Of a stretch of DNA of 64,000 nt, positions 40,301 through 51,900 are shown piece by piece. The stretch lies in assembly GCA_030248215.1 (NCBI GenBank), contig JASANG010003525.1, positions 186,001-250,000 of the forward strand, written 5' to 3'. How positions within the stretch are numbered: the stretch's first letter is position 1; the number at the start of each line of letters is the position of its first letter. Both the position numbers and the translations under genes were made by a program. The notes under the pieces are model-generated. The model did not search any database. It was not told the DNA's origin and saw nothing but the letters and a program-made list of their open reading frames with translations. Source of the DNA: Enoplolaimus lenunculus. Taxonomy: Eukaryota.

Positions 40301-41988
40301 ACTGAAATAATTACTGAAATATTGTGGAAAGTCCTAATTTAGGCTTAATTATGCAAATTAGCCTGTAGCTAATAAACGGCTTAAAATTTTAAATCCCCAA
40401 TGCGAGATTAACACCCTAGGATAATTGGCTTTCAAACAAAAAAGGTTATGAAAATCGGTTCAGCCGTTCCTGAGATTCTTATCGGACGGACAGACGGACG
40501 GACATCCACCTTTCGACCCCCAAGTATAAAACATAAAACACTTCGCGAAATTATATAAAGACCGTTTCAGGGCATACAGCATTCGAAAGTACCTTGCAGC
40601 CGCAAGTTCAACCCGCCTGAGCCTTATGATAAACTGAAGCTGTGACTAATATACAAAATATATATTAATCACAGTTTCAATTATAGATTATCTATATTTT
40701 ATATAATGGTGCTTCTTTCAACTTCTGGTTAAGTTGTCAGTATATACGTAATATTATTTAAAATTATTGTTATTAGCGTTTGCGAGAAATTTTTGTCATG
40801 TTGAGCGATCAGTAACCTTAAGTCGAGTTGGAAACACGGTCTAGAATGATAAAATGGTCCAAAAAGTCGGTTTGCAAAATTTCAAGCCTGCCCCCCAGGA
40901 CCCCCCAAATCATCTGGGGGTCCTCCAGGAAAACTGCCCCTCAGCAAAATCAGCTGCCCCCCAGGAAACTCCTGCCCCCCAGGAATCGCCCCGGCGGAAA
41001 TTTTCAAGCTGTGGAGAAGCCAGTTGTGTATTATAAAAAGTTTCATTTATCAGATAAAATGTTTAAAATGTCACTGAATCTAAAAATGGTAGCTGCTTCA
41101 ACACGTGTCAGCTAGCAATTTAGCTTGGATGACGACGATGGCATCATTGCATGAGTTATGTAATACATTACAGTGCAACAAATGCTTTGTAGCAGCTGTC
41201 TACAGGTCGACTAATACAGTTAAAGTGTCGAACAGGACGGAAACCTGCAAGTAGTAAGTGCAAGTGCCCGCATCAGGGATGAGCTGTCTGTCTCAGTTAA
41301 AAGCCGAGACCGAGACCTGACTACCAAACTGACCATAAAAAGTCTCGGTCTCGGTTAATTTTTGGTCATCAGCGAATCAACTAAGTTTTTAAAATAAATG
41401 GTTTCTAATGGTTTTATCGTAGTGTTTTGTGTTTTTCCAAGGTATCTGATCATACATATTTACTGCGCAACCAACTATGAAAAATTATATTCACTGCGAA
41501 ATTTTATTCATCAGGTATTACTTACTCCAACAATACAGGTACACATTTGCTGAACCTCGAGTTCTGGTCTCGGTCTCAACATACCGACACCGAGACTCTC
41601 ATCACTGGCCCCTGTAAGCATGTGAGACATGCATGTCCGTTATGTGCAAATGCAATAAATATAGTGCAGTGCACTGTATGTGTGCTAGCTGGCAGGATAC
41701 GGTCGACACATATAGTCGACAAAAAATGCAGTTGGAGAGGCAGGCTACGTGGTGCAGTGGCAGATTATTCGCTTAAGGATCCATAGGCTGCGTGTTTGAT
41801 CCTGCTATGGAGGACCGCTTTTTCCAGCACCACAGTAAAAAGCATGAAGTCTTAGTTCCAACCTAGACTGACAGTCCCCATTGACTATGCCAAACCTAAC
41901 CTTTCAAATTGTCCTGCAAAACATAAAATGCGTGCAGTAATTCATCCAGCAATTCTAAGGTTTCTTCAGTCTGATCGCGTCGAGTCAT
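34374..41988 (-). CDS. CCNDBP1: Cyclin-D1-binding protein 1 (GCIP)-like, 11 exons, 351 aa
   Basis: Exons 41988-41901, 38894-38829, 38423-38344, 38132-38051, 37673-37580, 37272-37202, 36802-36726, 36380-36270, 35721-35509, 34958-34912, 34500-34374. GT-AG, total 1056 nt. Segments collinear with recalled GCIP: FDNEAFWK, ISKESTNICLLF, GKVLRQ, TGTIWEVCDSIESLPKDN, LINDAILEL, DSRCDDIAVLLY. Confidence 0.78.
35791..36008. mobile_element. Short hAT MITE (CCGAGA family)
   Basis: CAGGGATGGGCGGTCTCGG...GACTCCATCCCTG. Confidence 0.75.
39010..41023. mobile_element. Unclassified TIR element with a 5-bp TSD, hosting a Helentron-like insertion
   Basis: Perfect 16-bp TIR CTGGCTTCTCCACAGC / GCTGTGGAGAAGCCAG; TTGTG on both sides; CCCCCAGG subterminal repeats. 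Confidence 0.75.
39298..40552 (-). mobile_element. Helentron-associated (HINE/DINE-1-like) element with ~7 central tandem units
   Basis: Terminal stem-loop CCAGTCGTTGTGGGACT, subTIR TTATTGAGCGAAGC, 154-179-bp units, AAATCGGTTCAGCCGTTCCTGAGAT core, GACG/GACA microsatellite. Confidence 0.75.
41274..41612. mobile_element. hAT-type MITE (CCGAGA family) abutting the solo LTR
   Basis: Starts CAGGGATGAGC; CCGAGACCGAGA repeats; internal homology to other copies. Confidence 0.6.
41613..41873 (+). mobile_element. Solo LTR of tRNA-containing TRIM family 1
   Basis: TGTAAGCATGTGAGACATG...CCTAGACTGACA, collinear with 43594-43852; tRNA-like core at 41743-41816; flanks GCCCC/GTCCC. Confidence 0.75.
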
Positions 41989-43308
41989 TGCGCTTTAGCT
42001 ATTCAGTTGCTTGCTTGCTGATATAACATGCATAACGAAAATCTCAGACAGTTTTTTGCATCCTTGACAACAGTTGCTGATCAAATCAATTAAAATATAT
42101 ACTCCACCATAATAAGCTTGTTTCTTCTGAATAATGATATAAAATGCAACGATAGTCCACAATAAAACTGTTTTTGTAATTGGGCCGATGATATTTGAAT
42201 GCAATCGAAACAAAATGCGAGTGATCATTAACTTTACTGGCTATGTTATTACCCTTTTATTAAAATACGTCTCAAACATATTGGTTCAGTGCAAAATAAC
42301 GCTTATAGCATCAGAAGTTTAACGTAAGAGACGAAAATTCTAAGAATTTTCGCGCAAATAGTTTCGTATTGCTGAAACATTATGAAAGTGTGCTCAAAGT
42401 TATTTGCACAGTTTCAACCGACAGGTTATACAATAAGTCGTATTGTAAACGATGCATTAATTAATTTCGCACAGGATTGATTCTTTTGTAAGGTGAAGGT
42501 ATCAACGTGTTTAGGACACAATTTTTACACTGCACTGAAATAGATGGAACCTCAGGTGCCCACTCCCAGAAGAGTCGTATTTAAAAATTTTTGACGAGGG
42601 GAAGGCTGGCAAATGTTGTAAAACTAAAAAATGGTAAAATAGGAACCTCGTCGTTTTATCGCCTAAAAAGTTTTCTCAGAAGAAATATTGTAAGGTAGAA
42701 ATCATCATTTTAGTACAAAAAAATTTCTGAGGAGAAAATTTGTATTTTTTGCAAAAAATTTTTGAGGAGAAAAATTGAAAGGCACACCTTAACATTTTTA
42801 CCGCAAAAAATGTGACAGTGAGGGTGTACGACTTTCCCAGTGAGTACCCAAAAATAAATTAGGACACACACTTCTGCCGAAGGCGCATGCTATGAAAAAC
42901 CTAGGCTCAATCGGTTTAAGCAGCTAATTTACTAAAAAAGCAAAAAACTAAACTAAGATAAATTTGTAGTATCTGTAAGTAAGATAATTTAAAATAGTTC
43001 AGAGAATGTTTGGCAGAAATCAGAAAACTGTATTATAGGAGAAATGTATACGTAAATCAACAGTAACTCGCACTACCTTAAGCTTATATTTATCAAATTC
43101 TGACTCAAAAAGCCATTATAAAACTAAATTTCGCAAGTTATCTCACATTGCATTATTGAATAACAAAAACTTTATGCCATTTTAAACTTGCGATGATTTA
43201 AGGATAATGCATTAGCTACAGTTTTATAACTTTCTTTTCATATTTTTACACAAATTTGCGATTGTATAAGGGATTATAAGCACGAAACTCTTATAAAACT
43301 ATTGGTGG

Positions 43309-43852
43309 GCATACGATCGACAAATATAGTCGACGAAAACGGTAGTTGGAGAGGCAAGCTGCGTGGTGCAGTGGTAACAGCGTTTGCCTGACACGAGAAG
43401 GTCGTTAGTTTGAAACCACCCAGAGGCCCGCTTTTCCAGCTGCTTTAGTAAAAAGGTCTGAAATCCCGGTTCCTACCTAGGCTGACATGGAGCTACTCCG
43501 TGAACGCAATGGTAAACTGCCGCGCTATGAACACGGTATTCAGTCGAAAATAGGATGGACGGTCAAGGGACGACCTTGCTGAAAATAATGGCATGTAAGC
43601 ATGTGAGACATGTTTGTCCTAGTGCATAATATGCAATAAATACAATGCACATTATGTTGTATGCCTGCTGGCAGCATACGGTCGTCAAATATAGTCGACG
43701 AAAACGGTAGTTGGAGATGCGGGCTGCGTGGGGCAGTGGTAACAGCGTCTGCCTGACACACAGAAGGTCGCTACTTCGAAACCACCCAGAGGCCGCTTTT
43801 CCAGCTGCTTTAGCAAAAATGTCTGAAGTCCCAGTTTCTACCTAGACTGACA
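43309..43852 (+). mobile_element. TRIM family 1: 5'-truncated LTR, PBS-like TGG, ~106-bp internal region, full LTR; tRNA-Val-like cores
   Basis: LTRs 43309-43487 and 43594-43852 (TG...CA); TGG immediately after the first LTR; purine-rich GAAAATAATGGCA before the second; cores contain GTGG(T/G)GCAGTGGT, GCCTGACAC and TT(T/C)GAAACC. Confidence 0.75.
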
Positions 43853-43896
43853 CAGGTATTGTAAAAGAAAAAACTTCGCAGACTGAGCGAGGCTTG

Positions 43897-44538
43897 TGTA
43901 AGGTTGTGCGTTCTTAAGGGCAATGTATGTAAGTGTTATGTTAGTGCAAAGTAGTTGAAACAATTGACCACAGCTGGTTTCGAACCAGCGGTCTTTGGCT
44001 AACCGGGCCAACTCTTACCAACTGAGTTATCGCAGCACTGCTTCAACTACTTGTGCTAGCTATTATATGCGTTGTTTACTAGTGTATTACGCTGTGTACT
44101 ACGCAACTAATGCGCAATGCGTGTTACGTGTTGACTTGTTTTATATGTATGCTGGGTATTCCATAGTGCAATACCCGATATCTAGCTTTTTTCGAGGAGG
44201 TCGTCCTCTGACCGTTACAGCTTTTTATGGGCTCACATCGCGGCTGTCTGCCCTTGCGACCGTGGTCACCATGTAAGGTTGCGCGATCTTAAGGACAATG
44301 TATGTTAGTCTTATGTCAGTGCGAAGTAGCGGAAATAACTGACCACAGCTGTATTCGAACCACAGACCTTTAGCTAACCGACCATCGCTCTTACCAACTG
44401 AGCTTGCAACACTGCTTCAACTACTTGTGCTCAGAAGCAATTACCACGTATGGATGTGCGGTCTTAAGGGCAATGTATGTAAGTGCTATGTTAGTACGAC
44501 GTAGCTGAAACAATTAATCACGGCTGGATTCGAACCCC
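43897..44538 (-). mobile_element. TRIM family 2: two LTRs plus a partial third, with tRNA-like cores
   Basis: LTR copies 43897-~44172, 44272-44431 and ~44448-44538. On the minus strand ...CCTTACA is followed by TGGTGACCACGG (PBS-like). Cores have CTCAGTTGGTAAGAG and GGTTCGAA at 43966-44036 and 44340-44411. Confidence 0.72.
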
Positions 44539-45394
44539 ATCCGGCAATACCCGACATTTTGAGAAGCCAAACCTGTTTTGCGTCAGAGCCCAAGATAAAC
44601 TTTTAATTTAAAGGACCTTAATTTTGAGGGTTCTCTGACATCGATCCCTAAATTGACTCAGCTAGAGGCTAGGCGACTCTTTGTATTAGATCTCAAGAAC
44701 AAACCTTCAATTTTGGGTACCTGCAACATCGAGCATACAAATATAAAACCTTGCTGTGATATACTTATGCATGGAGGCAAAAAACCGTATACTGATACTG
44801 CTCTGAACATTGGTGTTATGTCCATCATAGTTGATTGTTAGGCAATGTGGCTTCATGCTGCACATCGGTTAAATTTTGATGCATATCTAGTGGCTTACTG
44901 CTTTCTTATACAACAACAACAAAAACATGGAAGAACCATGATACACGAGTGTAATGTTGAGGTTCTTATAAGGCATAAAAGCAGAAAAACTTAGCAGTTG
45001 ATTGAGAGGCGGATCTTTCTCTGGCAAAAGAATCGCCACACGACATTAACATTATACGTTGCAATTTTCCAGATAACTTTTCTCTATTAAGGTATTAGTT
45101 ATGCCCAAAGTCGCAATTTTGCACCTACTTGGTTCCAAATCCCATAACTACAGAATAAAGTAGGAACGCGAAGCAGCTTATAAAAAATCTTTGTAAAAGC
45201 AAAGTTTCCACCAATCATATCGTTTTTAATATCAGTTTACCATTTTTGACCTCATAGCATTGTATTGTGTATGCGGTAAACCGTTTTAGTGACCTATATA
45301 AGTTTTGTACGTAACACTTATTCAACCAAATTTTTTGGTATTATTCTTATGAACTCAATGACATAGAGTGCAAATTTATTGGTGGTGAGCTTCA

Positions 45395-45935
45395 ATGTCC
45401 TATTTGAAAGCAAGCACGAATATTAACAGTGACAACACGCCAGCAAACTCTTGCTTACCTGCCAATGGAAGCAGCTCCGAAACTGAGGAACGCAGTGGAG
45501 TGAAATTTTCAATATCAACAGCATCGTCTGCTGCGGTGAGTCGAAATGCTAGTCAGTGTAGTAGCGGTGACAGTATAGGAGACGACGAAGATGAACTCTT
45601 TATAGAAAATGAGGCTGCTCCCAGTCCAGGGTCAACACTAACTGTGAATGGGAAAGTGAAACTTTCGGAGCCGAAGGTTTCAATAGACTCAGGAGCAGTC
45701 GTGTCTTGTGTGGGTTGCGCACCAAACGACGGAACCATAACGTTTGAAGGTGAACGAGATCAAAACACTAAGTTGCTGCCCGAAACGACAGAGCAAACAA
45801 GTTCCAAAGCTGTAGGAAGCGGTGGTGTGACTTTGAATAAAATAAAAAACCCGTTCCGAAAGCTGAAAAAACAGTCATGGCCCTCACATGCTGGAACTAT
45901 GCCGGTAGATAGTACAAATAATACGTCAAATTGTC

Positions 45936-45975
<40 letters not shown>

Positions 45976-48900
45976 TAACAGTAATAATAGTAGTAGAATT
46001 GTGTATAATAATCAAAGTTATCAAGCGAACGCTGAATCACGCCAAGAGCTACTGCAAGGTGCTGTGGGGAAATTTGTATTTGTCGAAAATAATTTGAAAG
46101 GACGCGGAAAAGAGTTTGCGGTTGATGTAAATACCGTTGGCGTATCGGTAGCAAAACAATGTAATGTGACATCGTCAGTTGCGATAAATGGACTGCAAGG
46201 ACCAACTGTACTTGAAAGATGTGGCAAGCAAAGCAAAGCTGCAACGACCGCATCTAAGCAAAAACTGCCGTCTTTCGATTCACCGATACGAACGAAACAT
46301 AATAATCTCACGTTTTTTAGTCAAATTAAACTAGTTGCATCATCATCTACGGTAACACGTAAATTCGCTAGTGTATCTAGTCCGTCTACGTCTGATAACG
46401 CCGATAGTCAAAAGCATGCCGCCTCCTCAGTAACCCGAACGGCGGCGTGCGCTGCAATTGGTGATACACGTAGCTCTAGCTTGGGCTCACAGTATCAAAC
46501 AGCACCACTAAATGGTCATGTGGCTCGCAGTTCAGCTGCGACTGACGTTAGCGGCACGCCTTCAAACATCGAACCACGTCCAAGTCCATCTTCTGCGGGC
46601 ATTAGTGGCGGAAACAGTGCACTGTCAGCAGTCGCTGGCCAGCCGCTATCAACTAAAAGCGCATCGTATCCATCACTCGGTCTGTACTCTGGGTTAAAAT
46701 ACAAATTAATTCGTGACGGACAAATCTCCCTGTCTGTACTCAATCATCCGCGCAGTGTAATTGGCAAAATCGTGACGTCGAAGTTTTTACGACGATGGGA
46801 ACCGCATCACTTAGTGCTTGAAGATGATCAGATATCGTCTAAAACGGTATTATGTATAGTTTATACGCATACGCACATTTATTCAGCTTTAAAAGCAAAT
46901 TTTTATCTTGAAAATGATCTTATTTTCTGTTTTATGGTGTATATACAACGCAGGTGCAGCTGTGGCAATTGTTTTTCCTTGCTCGCTTTGGTATTATATT
47001 CGTTATTTGTCACAGTATTTGTGTGTTGTTAAAAAACGAAAGTTTTTCTTTGTAAATCTGCGCGTATTATGCATGATATAAGAAAGATAAATAGAGTCGT
47101 CTGCTATCAGCGTCCTGTACTTTATTTGTAGCATAAAATTGCTATGTACGAAGGGATTTCTGTTAGCTTTACTTTTGACTGCGAAGCAGATTGTGAACAA
47201 TAAAGCATTTTTATAACGCAACCGTTGTGCACTCTATAATTTTATAATTTTAGCCAACTGGGTTTATGGAAGAACCAATTGGTTACGGGAAAATTGAAGA
47301 CATTCATGTATTGCAAAATGGTGATTCAGCAGACAGATTTTGCGTTCAATTGTTTGTGCCCACGGGATCTGTTTTACTTCAAGTTTGTTTAAATATTATG
47401 TTTTATTTATGTAAGACTCGAAAGTTTACTGCAAATTTTGCAGATTGCAGAATACGTACGTATTCCAGTCGTAGTGCGACTACATGTGTTGAACGAAGGT
47501 CGAACGCACTTACGCAATTAAACTAATATCCAAATTAGTTATAGCTAATTATTTATCGGTTTTGGAGGTTTGTGAACAATTTATTCAGATTCTCTGCACC
47601 CAAAAATCCTTCAGTAATCCTAAAAATTAGTGAAATATTGTGAAAAAAGTCCTAATTTAGGCTTATCTATTATGCTAATAATGCAAATTAGCAACTAGCT
47701 AACTATTCAATTATCGTTTTTGAAGGTTTGGGGACAATTTGTTCAGATTCCTCGCACCCAAAAACCTTTATTGCTGAAATTATATTGCGTGTAACACTAA
47801 TAGTCAGTGATTAAAAAGTCCTAATTTAGGCTTATCTATTATGCTAATATGTAATTTTGCTATTAGCTAAGTATTCAATTATCGGTTTTAAAGGTTTGTA
47901 GACAATTTATTCAGATTCGTCGCACCCAAAAACCCTTTATTGCTGAAATTAAATTGCTTTTAACCCTAATAATTAGTGAAATATCTTAAGTCCCAATTTA
48001 GGCTTAACCAATTATGCAAATTAGCCTTTATCTAAATAAATGGCTTCAAATTTTAAAACACCAATGCGAAGTTAACACCCCAGGATAACAGGATTTCAAA
48101 CAAAAAAGTTTATCAAAATCGATTTAGCGGTTCTTGAGATTGTTATCGGACGGACAGACGGTCATCCGCCTTTCGACTCCCGAGCACAAAATATAAAACG
48201 CTTCGCGAATTTCGCTTCGCTCAGTAAATAACATACATCAATAACTGTTGATATATAACTGGGTGAAGGTGATTGTTCCGGTTGCGGTATGGTTTTTCGG
48301 TCGATTTCGATCGCTAAGAGCTTACTACGTGTATACGTATGTTCATACGATAGTTAGCAACACACCATGGATAAGCACAAAGGATTAGCGATGTGCAAAC
48401 TACAAGGAAACTACAAAGTGCGTAGCCAGGCTGATCACACCCTCTCCCCCATTGGGATTTACACAATTTTCAAGGACGGCTTCAGTTTCCAACAGAAAAA
48501 AGCCCCATCAATTTTTAGGGAACGTAACCCTATCATCCTTTCCAAAATCCTGGCTACGCCCATGTGTATCTGTATGCAGATAATTATCGGGCTCCGCCTG
48601 GCGACCGTTCTTGAACTTTATGTTCGAATATTCCTATACCGGGGACTAACCTGTGCTGTCGTTTCGGTTAGAATTTAGGTGGTATCCGTTCAATACGTAT
48701 ATATTGTATTTGACGTCAATTCAGAGTTACAGATCAAGTTACGTATATTGCTGTTTTCGGCTTCGACTGCTGACTGCATATATATGTGTGTGGCAGAAAT
48801 CTGGTTGCCGAATATACGTACCTTTTTTTATGTTAGAAAATTAATCGATATCCTATTGTCCTTGAAGTGATCGTTGTACTACATTTGCAAATTGAGAAAC

Positions 48901-51900
48901 ACCTAAGATGTCTGATTCTGTGTTTAAAAATTGTTAGTTTTGAAATTTTAGCCAAACCGAAAAGTAGTTGCATATTTATATTTGAAAACAAAGGCTTTCA
49001 TTTGCATATTAACGTGAACATTTTTTTGTACGTTTTGTACACCGATCATCGTAACTTTCGCTGGTGACTTCTATTTTAGCAACCGTATAATAATGATTCT
49101 CAATTTGTTATGTACCTATGTTAACTGTACATATGCTGTGTCGAGTCTTGTACATTTTGTCCGCGCATTTACACGCTTAAGAAAAACGCTTAGCTACGCC
49201 TTGAGCTAAGTTTCAGCCTTATGTAAATGTGAGAGGGGAAAGAGTACGACAGCCGCAGTTTGTTAAATCATTAATAATTTAGTAATAAATTTGCAGTCTG
49301 TATAATATATATTTAAATTTAGTTAAAAGAATTTTGAAAATTCGCTTTTCTATCTGGATATGCGTTGTGTTTGCCACAATTATATGGTCGAAGGGTATTC
49401 GATATAACGAACAGGTTTTGCCTTTGTACGTGTAATTTAGAAATGTCACGACAGGTGATTTGATAATCGATCAGACATGCAATGGAACGAATTAGTATGG
49501 ACGATGACAAATATGAGTATGTCGGTTGATGGAATGTGACATTTGCGTGTTTGACATTGAGTGCCGCTGGCTTGTTAGATTTCGTGGAATCAAGCTTTAA
49601 TGTTGCAGCGGCTTGACATCAGTCGTCTAAGTAATATGGAAAAATAGCATATACGTACGCCAATTTTTTATGATCTTTTCTGTCCGAGCTGTAAGATAGG
49701 GATGTGGTGACAGTAGTGTGTGATCAGATATTAAAAATGATAGCGCCAGAACTGAATTCACGTTTAATTGTGTCGGCAAGAAATTTTTACTGCTTTACAT
49801 GCCGTACTTGAAGCTGTCCGCCCTGTCAATAAATACGTATAAGACGAATCTAGCGATTGAACCGTTGTTTGTATAGGGTTTTGTGAAATAATCTGTATTA
49901 ATAAAAATTAAAGTCTTGGTTTCGGTCATCTCGCAAATGTGGACTAGAATAATGCTGCATATGCCAAAATGTTGTCCAATAATAACTATTTGCATGTTAA
50001 TCGAATTGATTACCCCACCTGTTAGTTAATTTTATGCGTGAGTTCTGCGCCTCGGCTACATTTGACTACTGATAAGTTTGTCCTGCACACCATAATACGA
50101 CTATATATGAGTATCTGTCGGGGTTGGCTCATGGCCGCTGGCAGGATTGTGCTTCGGAGAGGCTGTAACAAATACTTGAGTTTGTATACTAAATAAATAG
50201 GCTTTTTAAAGCATACTTATATATTTGTGAACGGAAATAAAATTTTGCTACCATTGAACATTGAAGGGGGTACCGCATCTGTTTTGGATCCCCTTTGCTC
50301 TGGCTATAGCCTTTTCGTTTGGCTACGGTCTTTTGCTTTACAAGCTCTATAATTTATTTCTGAATATAAATTATGTACTCGTATTTGTGTGTGTGTTTCG
50401 GTTTATGAATATGTATACACATATACTATGTTCGGTGAATACCAAATACGTAATACCGTTTGCGAAACTGCTCCTATCCGAAATATCGTAGGTGGTGTGG
50501 TATAAGAAGTATCGGGTCGAGGAGCAGTGGTGCAATGTAGTTACGTATTTAACATTGCAGAATCAAGATGGTTTTGCTTTAAATATATACGTACTACGAT
50601 TCAATAATATTCCGTGTAATTGCATGATTTCAAATCGTTTGTCAAGTTTCAGTGTATTATGTTCAGCGTAAATTGGCTATGTACATTCTTTTTTCAGTTT
50701 CCTTGAGCTGTAGCGTAAAGTAACGTAGAATAGAAACAAACTTGAAGACAAACGAAAGCCTAACGCTATATATATGGAGGAAAATGTAAACGTGCACCCG
50801 CAAAGGTAGTCGGGTATGATCGAGTGGACCTGCCACGAATTTTGTTTTTGAGCTCAGGATGCAACCGGGATTCCGGTTTCTGTAGAAAAATGCGGAATTT
50901 TTCAGCATCCGGTTCCGGTATTAAATCCAGCGTTTTTCACTGGTGTTAAAATTTACAGACAACGGGAGCAAATTCTCACGTATTGTTTTAAAATTGATCT
51001 AGTGTGTATTGCTTAGTTTACAATTTGGCAGGGTGCAACCGGAATTCCGGTTCCGGTTCCGGCATTTTTTCACCTTCCGGTTCCGGTTCCGGTAAATTTT
51101 TACCGGATTTAAAAATTCCGGTATTATAATTTGGCCGTTTTCTTAACTTTGCTAATTTTTAAGAATCTCTTTTGAAAGCCACTTGTACTCCGAATATAAG
51201 CCATTGATGGTGGATTTCACTTCAGTCGATGATGAAAATCTAAAATACAACAAATAAAATAAATACCGATGTTCGACTAAGGTTATTTCACAAATAATAG
51301 AGCAAAAAATAAGATTAAAATAAAATTTTTGGTGAAATGCATTTTTCATTTTCCGGTTCCGGTTCCGGTGCCGGTAAAATTTTCAAATTCCGGTTCCGGT
51401 TCCGGTAAATTGTAATTCCGGTTGCACCCTGCAATTTGGGTAATACTTCATACCAGGATTGTACCGGATATCAAAAAATACCGCAGTCGGATAGTGCAAT
51501 AGCCGGCGTGGCCGTTCGGCAGTTGAACGATCCGGATATTTAAGTACTTATTTCAATGAAAAGTTAAACTGAATCAGGCTAATATTGATACAGCTTGCTA
51601 AAATATGTTCCAGTTTTGGGTTTACAAGAGTCAAAGTATTATACACGTGGCTCGTCAAGTTAATATTTTTGTCATTTCAAACAATGGTCACAGCGAAATA
51701 TTGTTATTTTAGACATAAATAATAGTATAATGTTGCAGTTATAGCTTGCTAAAATATGTTCCAGTTTTGGGTTTACTAGAGTCAGAGTATTATACACGTG
51801 GCTCGTCAAGTCAATATTTTGGTCATTTCAAACAATGGTCACAGCGAAATATTGTTATTTTAGACATAAATAATAGTATAATGTTGCAGTTATAGCTTGC

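Noticed and set aside
43358..44411. Functional tRNA genes
   Set aside because: Acceptor and T stems are mismatched, and the cores sit inside repeated LTR units.
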